A stretch of 64,000 bases of DNA from an uncultured Mollicutes bacterium (GTDB lineage Bacteria; Bacillota_I; Bacilli_A; RFN20; CAG-826), in the NCBI GenBank assembly GCA_900539595.1, contig UQCQ01000008.1, positions 7,993 through 71,992 of the forward strand, given 5' to 3'. A model generated the notes under the pieces. The model was not told the DNA's origin. It saw only the letters and a program-made list of their open reading frames with translations, and searched no databases. Each line of letters begins with the position of its first letter. Position 1 is the stretch's first letter. The position numbers and the translations under genes were made by a program. Positions 16,548 through 25,888 of the stretch are shown here, one piece after another.

Positions 16548-19500
16548 TCACATGAAACTCAGATATTTTTTCATTACTACGATTATTTTTTCTTTAGTCG
16601 TTAAACCTTTCCCAACCGAAACTTTCAGAAAAGGTATGGGCAGTAAATCGAAAATTTCTTTCCTTATATAACCCTTAAAGTCTTCGTATTTATACAAACC
16701 GTATTTTTCTATATCTTTTTTCATTTGATTATCGCGATATCGCAAGTCTTCGTCATATTCGAAATAATTAAACCAGCCTTCAATTTCCCCGGTTATAGTT
16801 AGAAAACTATTGGTGAAAACGTTAAGATGATAAACAGATACGGGAGAATAGACTTTGACGGTCTTAATTTTTACTTCGCCCTTTAACAACCGTGTCTTAC
16901 CGAGCCTACCCGATTTATTGACAAACACAAACTCATCATTTATGAAACTTTCGTAGTTATTTTTATTTATATAGAAATATTGTCTTTTGGAATAATTGTA
17001 GAAGCCGTGATCGACATGTATCTCTATATCGTGTCCATTATCAAACGACAATTTTAAAATAGGGGCAGTAACTATATTATTTTCGTTTTGATGATAGTTA
17101 TAGAAGAGTTTAGAAGATTCCAGCCTGCCCTGTTCATGGTCAAATACTAAAAGCTCATCATTCGGATTTAAATCCTCGACATTTTTCTCAGTGCCATCCG
17201 CCAATAAAACTTTGGTTCCATAGACAATGCAAAAATCTGCTTTGTGTATTAGGTTAATAGTCATTGTATATGCATTTCCAGTACCTAATTCAGTAACTTT
17301 AATTGTTAATGTAAAATTATCATCAGATTTACCCGTTCCACTAACCGTATGCAAAGTTATCTGTTCAACATCATTGACTATATTTTCAGGTTGTGTTTTG
17401 TCATTTATATACTGCCTACCGGCTAGTGACGCCGTTAACTTCCATTCAACAGAAGCCCACTTTGCTCCGTCATTTAATTTTAATGTGAATTGTATGTTTT
17501 CGTTATTTCCATATTTGTTAGCAAAACTAAAAGTTTGACTTTTTCCAGAGGAAACATTCATTGTAGCGCTATTTTTCTTATTATCCGCAATTGATATTGA
17601 GGAAATTGGGGTAATCTGGACTGATGGGATAACTTTCAGAAGATAATCTCCCGTCACGCCTCCACAACTAGCCGATATAATTACATCCCCAAGTTTTTTT
17701 CCGGTCACTTTTCCATTTTGATCGACCGTAGCAATCGTATTATCAGAACTGCTCCAAACAACCTTTTTATCGTATGCCTTTTCAATGTCATTAACATCGG
17801 CACGTAATTGAACCGCAGAGTCAACATAAAGTGGGACTTGTCCATCAACAGGAGGAGTCGTGCAAGTTACAGAGACCGATTGTACATCAAATTCATTTAT
17901 TCCGTTATTGTTATTCAAAATCCCTCTATTGCTGTTAGTTACGCAAACCAGTCCGTTGGTCACATTATATGGAACTAATGAATTTCTTATATATGCAGTA
18001 TTATTATGAAAAATAGTATAAACATTTGATATTAATTCAAATGAAAAATTTGTGATATCCTCCTCGAAAATCACTTTTTGTACCCCGTCGAAATTAATAT
18101 CATTAGAATGGTCGTTCAAAGAAATATTAAAAGAGGGCTTATAAGTATTCGAATTAGAAAAAACATTTACCCCAACACAAATCTTTTTCTTATTGAGATA
18201 TTCAGCAGCGACAATAGTAAGCTCTTCGTTGATTTCAAGGAAATTTTTAATTGTCCATGGTATTGTAATGCTACCGGAGTTCCCTAAATCCCACGGCTCT
18301 TTCGATGTAATCGTTTTAGCCCCGGCTGTAATGTTAGTTGGATTATTGCAGAATATATTGCCTGCAATTTTATTCATAGAGAGTTTAGCGGAGTCGGCAA
18401 TTTGTAACATTCCGTTTTCCATAAGCGGATACGCTTGTCTTCCTGAATTCAACACTCCCTGGCCTTTTCCTTTTTCCCCGTCATAAAACGCTGAATAAAC
18501 AACCAACTCATTGCCAGAGAGAGTAACATTATCTCCGACATATAGTTTACCGCCAGTCATTAACTTCATGCGTTGGTTAGATATGTTAAAAGTAGCTGAT
18601 TTTTGGTTTTCAGAGCATAACAACTCTACGTCAAATTTATAAGATAAAGGAAAATATGCTTGTTGCGTACTTAATTTAAGATTTTGGCCTTTCAAAGATA
18701 AATTAAATTCCAAAAAATTAAAAGTAAACCCACCATAGCACCTTGCCTTGAATGTCTTATTAACAGAGTTATATTTATATAGAATCTGTGAATATTTCGC
18801 TTCCGTTTGCTGAATTAAAAAAGTGTTTGTTGTACCCACAACACCTTTCTCAACAGTTATGGTTTCGTCTACGCCAAGCGTTTCATATTTCACATAAATA
18901 TTGATTATTCCTTGAATAGATGCATTATAGTTGACTTTAGTCAAACATTTGACGTTTCTAAACTCCATTTCGTTAAAAACGGAGCATCTTTCTTTATCAA
19001 TTGCACCATTGGTCATTCCATATGAGTAATTAAATCCTCGATAGTCATTTATTACAACAGGGATATATAGTTTTCCTTTTTGCAAGTCGAAAACACTATT
19101 GTTGTTTTGTGATTTTTCGTCAATAAATCCAAAGCAATAGGTTGTTGCATTGTTGTTGCCCGTTTGAACTATCGACGATCCCTCATTTAGCACGATTCTA
19201 GAATAACTATGGGAAGTTTGTCCCACGCAACCCGCGTTGCTTGTGCCTCCACTAAGATAGCCACTAATAAGCAAAGTTCCATTGTTGGTTAGTGTTTTCC
19301 CAGCTTCAATTTCTATCGAAATGCGCAAAAATTTTGCTTGATTGTTTTCTGCATATTGATCATAACCGCTAGATCCTTGATTGCGTTTTGGATTTTTCAA
19401 ACCATCGATATAAGTTTTAAGGGTCGACGAATTTGTCACTTCGGATTCAGATGCTTTATCTGTCGGAACAAAAAGAGTAACGCCTTCCTTAATTGTACAG

Positions 19501-19808
19501 TTTCTTTTAATCTTATACGTGACACTATCAGGCGCGATATTATTAGAATCATTTTTAAAATTAGCCTTTTGAGGGGGAATAACACAAACAATATCCCCAC
19601 TTTTAGCGATGTCTAACGCCTTTTCTATTGAGGTATATTTAATTTTTTCTTTACCAACAATATAAGCAACAGGCTTAGATACTGTGTCACGATTATTGAT
19701 TGAATACTGCCACTGCGAAGGAACAATCCAACTAGAGTATCCCACTGTTGCAATTAGGCTTGTTGCGGACATCACAAGCAAAGCCGTTGATTTCCATTTG
19801 TTTTTCAT
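16548..19808 (-). CDS. Large secreted/surface protein with Ig-like (Big_2-type) segment and C-terminal Hint (intein/hedgehog-like) domain
   Basis: 1086-aa ORF with N-terminus MKNKWKSTALLVMSATSLIATVGYSSWIV and a Big_2-like segment VVWSSSDNTIATVDQNGKVTGKKLGDVIISA. The Hint module starts at Cys codon 17229-17231 (ADF-CIVYGTKVLLADGTEKNVEDLNPNDELLV ... VYHLNVFTNSFLT), followed by an ~85-aa tail. Confidence 0.8.
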   Translation of the reverse strand: MKNKWKSTALLVMSATSLIATVGYSSWIVPSQWQYSINNRDTVSKPVAYIVGKEKIKYTSIEKALDIAKSGDIVCVIPPQKANFKNDSNNIAPDSVTYKIKRNCTIKEGVTLFVPTDKASESEVTNSSTLKTYIDGLKNPKRNQGSSGYDQYAENNQAKFLRISIEIEAGKTLTNNGTLLISGYLSGGTSNAGCVGQTSHSYSRIVLNEGSSIVQTGNNNATTYCFGFIDEKSQNNNSVFDLQKGKLYIPVVINDYRGFNYSYGMTNGAIDKERCSVFNEMEFRNVKCLTKVNYNASIQGIINIYVKYETLGVDETITVEKGVVGTTNTFLIQQTEAKYSQILYKYNSVNKTFKARCYGGFTFNFLEFNLSLKGQNLKLSTQQAYFPLSYKFDVELLCSENQKSATFNISNQRMKLMTGGKLYVGDNVTLSGNELVVYSAFYDGEKGKGQGVLNSGRQAYPLMENGMLQIADSAKLSMNKIAGNIFCNNPTNITAGAKTITSKEPWDLGNSGSITIPWTIKNFLEINEELTIVAAEYLNKKKICVGVNVFSNSNTYKPSFNISLNDHSNDINFDGVQKVIFEEDITNFSFELISNVYTIFHNNTAYIRNSLVPYNVTNGLVCVTNSNRGILNNNNGINEFDVQSVSVTCTTPPVDGQVPLYVDSAVQLRADVNDIEKAYDKKVVWSSSDNTIATVDQNGKVTGKKLGDVIISASCGGVTGDYLLKVIPSVQITPISSISIADNKKNSATMNVSSGKSQTFSFANKYGNNENIQFTLKLNDGAKWASVEWKLTASLAGRQYINDKTQPENIVNDVEQITLHTVSGTGKSDDNFTLTIKVTELGTGNAYTMTINLIHKADFCIVYGTKVLLADGTEKNVEDLNPNDELLVFDHEQGRLESSKLFYNYHQNENNIVTAPILKLSFDNGHDIEIHVDHGFYNYSKRQYFYINKNNYESFINDEFVFVNKSGRLGKTRLLKGEVKIKTVKVYSPVSVYHLNVFTNSFLTITGEIEGWFNYFEYDEDLRYRDNQMKKDIEKYGLYKYEDFKGYIRKEIFDLLPIPFLKVSVGKGLTTKEKIIVVMKKYLSFM

Positions 19809-20473
19809 ACATTCACCGCCTTAATATCGATTGAAAACGCCAAGCCCGAGGTCGACAGTGACGAATACACATCATTTGCAAAATCGGAAAATTCAAAGGA
19901 AAGGCGTATATTGCAATATATATTCGTTTCAAGAAGTCCTGACGATTTCGGAATGTCTATAGTGGATGATAGTGTTGAGCCAGCAACGGAAAATCTGCAT
20001 TCAAAATTACATTCAGGTTGAAATACATTGGAATCGAGACTATAGGCGGAGATCACCTGTCCACTAGTTGAATCGCGTTTCAAATAATTTGCATTAAAAA
20101 TATCGAAAGAAGATTCGTTGGTGATTTTTACTGTGAACGAAAGCCCGCCATTTCCCAATGACAAAACTTTTTCGAACCCTGTCGCGCTGCAATCGATCAG
20201 GATTGGAAAATAAATAGAACCAGACGAAACAATGGTTTCATCTTCGATAATGCCATACGGGCCATATCGAAACATATTCGGTTTTTGTACCTGAAATATG
20301 CTTCTAAGATCAATTAAATCATCGGCCGCGGCAGTCAAATCGCCGCTTCCGTTAGTCGATCCACCAAACGTCCACGCCGAAAACCCGACAGCAAACAAGC
20401 AGGCACTACTTAGAAATAGTACCCCCCCCCCGGAAATCCAGGCGGGTATCTTACCCAATTTCAGTTTCTTCAT
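19805..20473 (-). CDS. Secreted protein with SipW-class-like signal; contains a G10 tract in the signal-peptide codons
   Basis: 222-aa ORF: MKKLKLGKIPAWISGGGVLFLSSACLFAVGFSAWTFGGS. Its stop overlaps the next gene start by 4 nt. Confidence 0.75.
   Translation of the reverse strand: MKKLKLGKIPAWISGGGVLFLSSACLFAVGFSAWTFGGSTNGSGDLTAAADDLIDLRSIFQVQKPNMFRYGPYGIIEDETIVSSGSIYFPILIDCSATGFEKVLSLGNGGLSFTVKITNESSFDIFNANYLKRDSTSGQVISAYSLDSNVFQPECNFECRFSVAGSTLSSTIDIPKSSGLLETNIYCNIRLSFEFSDFANDVYSSLSTSGLAFSIDIKAVNV
20422..20431 (-). repeat. Homopolymeric G10 (C10 on + strand) inside a CDS, codons 15-17
   Basis: The + strand reads a-CCCCCCCCCC-gg. The minus strand reads TCC GGG GGG GGG GTA (S G G G V). Confidence 0.95.
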
Positions 20474-20545
20474 TTTAACGTTTCAACCCCTTTAACGTTA
20501 TCGCACTTCTTTTATCGTGCATTGTCATGTACATTTTGAGGCTCA

Positions 20546-21235
20546 TCATCCTAGAACCTCCACGTAATTTGCAGTCAACTCAAGCGAGTTACCCATGCTG
20601 GTATTTAGAACCAATCCGTCATTGATTCCGAATTTGGTCCCAGTTTTGTCTCCGTTGGCCCATTCCCCGTTGCTTTGTAGTTCTTTATACGTCAATGGAT
20701 CCGTAGACGAGAAGGATACCAGCTTATAAGCAACCTTATTCACAGTGAATTCATTTTCGATAGCAAGGTTCGATAATAAATAGAGATAGGGATTGCTATC
20801 GATAATCACACTTGTCGAATAATTCACCTGCTTCGGCGAGGCGCAAGTAACATGAATCGTTAGAATGGGGTCATAGACTGCATATAACGATAGGGTTTTA
20901 TTCGCCCTATCAAAGGAAGGTAATTCCACGAGTTTCAAGGACTCGGTATAGATATCCGTTCCATTCAACTCCTTCCAACCCTTGAAGTGCTCCGTTGCCG
21001 TATCGTCGATATAAGGCAAAGAGAAAGACGAATCGATTTCAAGATTTTCGTAAACGATCGGATTTTTATCGGCGTCGTTTCGATAGAACTTAACCGCATA
21101 ATGCACTTCATCAAAGGAAGGGGTCGTATCTTCTTTTTGAATGCTGGCCCATAAGGAAAATCCGGTGCCCGTTGCTGCAGAGACAAACCCCACGGATAAA
21201 AGGGAGATTAAGGCAATCTTGGCATTTCTTTTCAT
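20546..21235 (-). CDS. Secreted protein with SipW-class-like signal
   Basis: 229-aa ORF: MKRNAKIALISLLSVGFVSAATGTGFSLWASIQ. It has an HFKGW Listeria-Bacteroides-repeat-like motif. Confidence 0.7.
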   Translation of the reverse strand: MKRNAKIALISLLSVGFVSAATGTGFSLWASIQKEDTTPSFDEVHYAVKFYRNDADKNPIVYENLEIDSSFSLPYIDDTATEHFKGWKELNGTDIYTESLKLVELPSFDRANKTLSLYAVYDPILTIHVTCASPKQVNYSTSVIIDSNPYLYLLSNLAIENEFTVNKVAYKLVSFSSTDPLTYKELQSNGEWANGDKTGTKFGINDGLVLNTSMGNSLELTANYVEVLG

Positions 21236-21888
21236 GCGTTGCCTCCTAACCCGAAGCTCAGTCGGAAGGTAAGGTCGTTAAGCTTTAAACTCGTATCAGA
21301 CTTCATCGCCTGACGGGCTGCAATAACGATATAATGGGTAACGTTAAAGGATAAAATAGATGTGCTTGTTGCGTCTGGTACGACGAAAAGCAAATCCACG
21401 GAACCCGTAGAGCCATTAGAAGCAATGGTTTCTTTCGTTGCCCCTTCTCGTGTTGCCCCATACTTGCAGGATTTAACAATTTCTCCGGCATTGCCGTAAT
21501 AGGTTTTCTTGGTTTTGCTATATAGCCCAAAAGTGCACTTCAAGGTGAATTGGTTTAAATCAATCATCGTCTGACTCATTTTGGAACGATTCAAGTCAAT
21601 CTTGTATTCTAGGGGCGCTTCTTTAATGGCGGTATTATCCTTGCCATTATCAAAGAAATAGGTGCCAAAGCTCGGCAATGGCAATTCCGGGTTCATGGTG
21701 ATATCAATTCCATTGGTATCCCCAAGGAAGACGTAATCGGCCCCTCCGTTTAAGGTTCCCTGCCCTTCTGGATTGGTATTATCCCCTTGGATGACCCAAG
21801 CGGCGAAACCGGTGGAAGCTAAAACAGAGGCAGCAAGAACGCTGACACATAATAACATGACGTTTTTATTGGGCTTAAAAGGGTTCAT
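21232..21888 (-). CDS. Secreted protein with SipW-class-like signal
   Basis: 218-aa ORF with ...VLAASVLASTGFAAWVIQGDN. It has 4-nt overlaps with both neighbours. Confidence 0.7.
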   Translation of the reverse strand: MNPFKPNKNVMLLCVSVLAASVLASTGFAAWVIQGDNTNPEGQGTLNGGADYVFLGDTNGIDITMNPELPLPSFGTYFFDNGKDNTAIKEAPLEYKIDLNRSKMSQTMIDLNQFTLKCTFGLYSKTKKTYYGNAGEIVKSCKYGATREGATKETIASNGSTGSVDLLFVVPDATSTSILSFNVTHYIVIAARQAMKSDTSLKLNDLTFRLSFGLGGNA

Positions 21889-24752
21889 GATGCAGTCCCC
21901 CTTGTAATCTCTTTAAAGTTCGAATCGTACATATGGCCATTCTCATCAAAGTAATAAAGTCCAGCAGTCAACACCTTGCCCGAGGAATCCTTGATGTTAT
22001 TGATTTTATGGGATGGGACATAATAAGTTCCATTAGCCATAAGGGTTCCATCGTCTTTGGCGAGATATACTGAATAGTTGGAGCCGGATTGCTTTTCAAA
22101 TAACCCGACGCCGGCTTTAATGGATTTATAGTAGCAATATTTAACGGTGCCAATTGTGCTAATTGCGATATCCTGACTTAGACCAACCACATTATTCACC
22201 GTTACGAGACGTTCAACGGTTGCAGCATCGTTAAAGAAATAACGCGCTTGGATACCAAACCCCGTGATACCGGTAGAAGCCGTGAATACCGCGGACATGC
22301 CCTGATAAGCGTATTGATTGGATCCAAAGAAATACCATTTGCCATTTTCTTGGTACCATTTCTTGTTGCTGACGACGACTCCGGATTGCAGATAATAATA
22401 ATGATTATCGCCAGTTTTATAGTTGGTATTGGTAGACGAATAATGGAACAGACCGGTTCTGCCTGTTGCCATGACGTCATTTTCTAGCAAGACGGTTTTG
22501 ATAACACCGTTATTGTCGATCGTCTTAAATAAGCCAGATTTTGTTGCATGTTCCGTAGATAAAGACCAGCGATCAAGAACTTTGTCATAGTGATAAGTGT
22601 TTCCGGGAACGGATTGGGTGTAACTGTGATCGCCATTTTGGAGTTTGGCACAACTATGAGGAATTGAAACATAAGTTATGTCCGACCCGCTTTGGGTACA
22701 TTGGTGTACCCCTGGAAAAGAAGTTGCATCCGATAATTGGATAATTCCGGTCCTTCTCGGAGAAATAATTCGAGCGCCAACGTTTGTCTGAGATTGTTCG
22801 CCCGTAGTCATGAAATAGGAATTTTGGTCCATTAAGAACGTTCCATCCAAGGAAAATTTAGCGTCAACCAAATCAGCAGTCGTCCTTTTTTTGTGAGCGG
22901 TTGGCGTAAAAGGAACAAGTTGTAGGGGGGCATTAAGGGCATAGTCACCCCAATTATCCTGATCATATAGAACAATGCTATGCCCTTGGCCGATTCTGAA
23001 CGTTGCTCCATTTTCAACATTGATTTCGGAACCTGGCAAAAAGTCCAAATCCTGATTGACAATGCAATCGCTGCCTTCTTTAAAGATAAAAGAAATATTG
23101 CCATTAATGGGAAGGACATATTTCGAAGAATCCATATCTACTTTTTTCCCAAGTAGTTCAACAACAAACGAAATGCCAGATAATACACCCTTGCCGGACA
23201 AAACAATCTCTAGTCGATCTAAAGAGGCATTATATTTTTTGGTCAGATAACCAGTAGAAAGAGCAAACATGCCACCATCCCCAATAAACGTAAAACAGGG
23301 TTCTGTAGAACCACCAATACTACCCACGGTAATATCTTTTGACATGTACATCCCAGTAGTAGTTCTCAGTGTTGATCCCGCGTCGAGTCTCAACAGGCAC
23401 TCTATGTTCTGAACATAGTATTGATTAACCATGAAAACCTTCTGTTTGTTACCGTCCATTGACAGCGATGCGGTGCCACCACGCCAAGTAGTAATCTGGA
23501 ACATCTCGTAGATGGTCGCGCCCGTTTTTGCCAAAATATTTCCATCGCCGGTAGCAAATCCCCAGCAAAAGAACTTCGCACTATTTTGCACAATTATCGA
23601 CGAGAGCTGTTCCAAAACAATTTGTCCGTAGCCACCGGTTGGAATGCCAGTATCGGTAGGCCCTTTTAATAAAATTTTACAAGCCACGACCAATGTTCCG
23701 TATACCGTTAAGGATGACCCTGATGGCAAAATCAACTTCTTATACAAAGACCGTGGCTCAGCACTATTGCAAAACTTCGGTTTTTCAGTCGCAAATTCAG
23801 AGGCCAATGCACCTTCCTGACACGGCACCATTAACGTAACTTTGGAAGGGATACTATAATTTTTTTGAGCGATTTTACCACTTTTTGCAACTACTACAGT
23901 ATGGTCTTTTTCATTTGCCAAAGCAGTGGAGATAGCGGAATCCAAATCAGCAAAATACTGACCGTCATTTAAAAACATAGCGTTAGAATTCTCGACAGAG
24001 AAAATGGCGGTTACCGTACATGGCTCAGATTCTCTGAAAATGCAGGGTGACTCAATATTGCGGATTTGAAACCCCGATCCGAAATCTGCTTGCCAACCTA
24101 CAAAACTATAACCATTGTTCGGGGTCGCAATAAGTTTATACCCTTCGCGGGAATCTTTCGGCTCAGGCTTATACGTTTCATTTACGGCATAGCCGTCGAC
24201 CGTGTACGCTCCATTAACGGACGGAGAAAAAATAAGTTGGGGCCTCGAGATCTTCAACGCCGTTATTGCGTACAATGATAAATCTGATTTCTTTTGCTTA
24301 TTATCTGCGTGTAATTCAATGGTTAAACTAGAGGAACTGGAAAGTGTGAGCGTCTTTTCCTGCCCGAGAATATTTTGTGTATATTTATCACCGCCAATAT
24401 CCACATATCCGCCAGTCGTTTGGAAATCCCACCCAAATGATAGTTCAATGTCATTTCCCGAAACGTTGCTAACAACAATACTACCGGTTTTATCTCCGAG
24501 AAGACTAACACCACCGGTAACGGTCCCAGAAATAGAATCGCCCCCCACCATCCACGTCGCATCTTTTCGAACACCGAACCCGCTTTTCTCGGAGACGCTA
24601 ATCAAGGATGATAAGCCACCGTTTAACGATCCAGAAAAACTGGCATACCCTACATTCGCAGTAACGCTGACGCCCGCTAGCAGCCCAAACAGCATGCCAA
24701 AAGAGGCAATCACGCTTCTGAATGCTTTACGGTGTCGAGAGAAGAATCCCAT
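21885..24752 (-). CDS. Large secreted protein with C-terminal cell-wall-binding (choline-binding-type) repeats
   Basis: 955-aa ORF with an N-terminal TM/signal ...GVSVTANVGYASFSG and a GYSFVGW repeat. C-terminal repeats are GKWYFFGSNQYAYQG and GLYYFDENGHMYD. Confidence 0.75.
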   Translation of the reverse strand: MGFFSRHRKAFRSVIASFGMLFGLLAGVSVTANVGYASFSGSLNGGLSSLISVSEKSGFGVRKDATWMVGGDSISGTVTGGVSLLGDKTGSIVVSNVSGNDIELSFGWDFQTTGGYVDIGGDKYTQNILGQEKTLTLSSSSSLTIELHADNKQKKSDLSLYAITALKISRPQLIFSPSVNGAYTVDGYAVNETYKPEPKDSREGYKLIATPNNGYSFVGWQADFGSGFQIRNIESPCIFRESEPCTVTAIFSVENSNAMFLNDGQYFADLDSAISTALANEKDHTVVVAKSGKIAQKNYSIPSKVTLMVPCQEGALASEFATEKPKFCNSAEPRSLYKKLILPSGSSLTVYGTLVVACKILLKGPTDTGIPTGGYGQIVLEQLSSIIVQNSAKFFCWGFATGDGNILAKTGATIYEMFQITTWRGGTASLSMDGNKQKVFMVNQYYVQNIECLLRLDAGSTLRTTTGMYMSKDITVGSIGGSTEPCFTFIGDGGMFALSTGYLTKKYNASLDRLEIVLSGKGVLSGISFVVELLGKKVDMDSSKYVLPINGNISFIFKEGSDCIVNQDLDFLPGSEINVENGATFRIGQGHSIVLYDQDNWGDYALNAPLQLVPFTPTAHKKRTTADLVDAKFSLDGTFLMDQNSYFMTTGEQSQTNVGARIISPRRTGIIQLSDATSFPGVHQCTQSGSDITYVSIPHSCAKLQNGDHSYTQSVPGNTYHYDKVLDRWSLSTEHATKSGLFKTIDNNGVIKTVLLENDVMATGRTGLFHYSSTNTNYKTGDNHYYYLQSGVVVSNKKWYQENGKWYFFGSNQYAYQGMSAVFTASTGITGFGIQARYFFNDAATVERLVTVNNVVGLSQDIAISTIGTVKYCYYKSIKAGVGLFEKQSGSNYSVYLAKDDGTLMANGTYYVPSHKINNIKDSSGKVLTAGLYYFDENGHMYDSNFKEITRGTAS

Positions 24753-24789
24753 GGTTATTGCCTCCTTTCTTGGTTAATTAATAAATGAA

Positions 24790-25869
24790 TTAGGCTTGCA
24801 CCCAACGGGCGAAGAGCTTGATATCGCCCCAGACGTTGGTGAGGTCGGTGAATTTACCGGTCGTGGGTTTCACCACATTAGAAGTATACCACCCATCGAA
24901 TTCATAGTTGGGGCGAGATGCTAAAGGAACTTCGATGGATTCGCTGTAGAAATTACGACCCCGTTTGATTTGGATTTGGCTTTGCGCATCGTATAGGAAT
25001 TTCGCATCCGCGGCATTTAAATCAAAGGTGACGGTATAAAGCTGGTTGGATTGATCCGCTAAAGAAATCATAAGTTGCCAACCTTTATCCGCGTCAAAAT
25101 AATAAATCGCGTTGCCATCTTGATCGTAATAGAAATCTCCCGCTTGTCCTTGGCTAGGACGTGGGGCACCTTTGCCAGAAATCCAGCCCGATTGGCGTTT
25201 CAAAACAAAGGATTCGGATTCGCCATTCGAATAATGAAGGGTGACGGTGATATTGCCTTCTTCGTCGGCAGTAGACTCGCTAGAAACAACTCCCGTCCCT
25301 TGGGGGATGACAATAGAATCATCGATGGAGCCATCGCTAAAGGTAATTGTTAAGCGAATGGAACCATCCGCCTGGGTTTGGGAGGCAATGGATTCGATCC
25401 CTTTGCCATCTTTCCCGTCTTGTCCCGGGTCTCCTTTTTCGCCTTTCGACAAAGTGATTTGGTTTTTGTCCGTCGTCCCATCCGTATAATGGATCGTTAA
25501 GGTAATGGAACCATCCTCGTTATAGGTCGGTTCAATATAATCAAGAGATCGGACCGCAGGAACGGTGAAGGAAGTGGATTTGCCATCACTAGTTTTAAAG
25601 GTGATCGTTGTTTCCCCTTTTTCGTTTTTGGTCGCCGTGACTTCGGTAACTCCAATCCCTGCTGGAACGGTAAAGGAGGTCGAGGGTTTATCTTCATTCG
25701 CGTAGATAATCGTGACTAACGTATCCCCGTTTTGAAGGGTCGTGGTATCTACCCGTGAAATCGTGATCGCATCGTCTCCGGAAAAGAAGCCATTGCAGGA
25801 AGTCACTGTTCCTAATACTCCTAAGGCAAGAAAGCTTAGGACCAAATGTTTGAGACTACTTTTTTTCAT
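24790..25869 (-). CDS. Lipoprotein with internal beta-rich repeats and a short collagen-like triplet run
   Basis: The ATG at 25869 is preceded by AAAGGAGAA (the ORF track extends to 25908). Lipobox MKKSSLKHLVLSFLALGVLGTVTSC. Repeats are TITFKTSDGKSTSFTVP, ITLTIHYTDGTTD, IRLTITFSDGSIDDSIVIP and ITVTLHYSNGESESFVL. It also has GEKGDPGQDGKDGKG and a C-terminal YEFDGWY. Confidence 0.75.
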   Translation of the reverse strand: MKKSSLKHLVLSFLALGVLGTVTSCNGFFSGDDAITISRVDTTTLQNGDTLVTIIYANEDKPSTSFTVPAGIGVTEVTATKNEKGETTITFKTSDGKSTSFTVPAVRSLDYIEPTYNEDGSITLTIHYTDGTTDKNQITLSKGEKGDPGQDGKDGKGIESIASQTQADGSIRLTITFSDGSIDDSIVIPQGTGVVSSESTADEEGNITVTLHYSNGESESFVLKRQSGWISGKGAPRPSQGQAGDFYYDQDGNAIYYFDADKGWQLMISLADQSNQLYTVTFDLNAADAKFLYDAQSQIQIKRGRNFYSESIEVPLASRPNYEFDGWYTSNVVKPTTGKFTDLTNVWGDIKLFARWVQA

Positions 25870-25888
25870 ATTCGTTCTCCTTTTGCTT

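Noticed and set aside
24202-24777. 191-aa + strand ORF, and similar ones at 58393..59151 and 59521..59997
   Set aside because: They are antisense to long, coherent minus-strand surface-protein ORFs. They lack RBSs and have no motifs.
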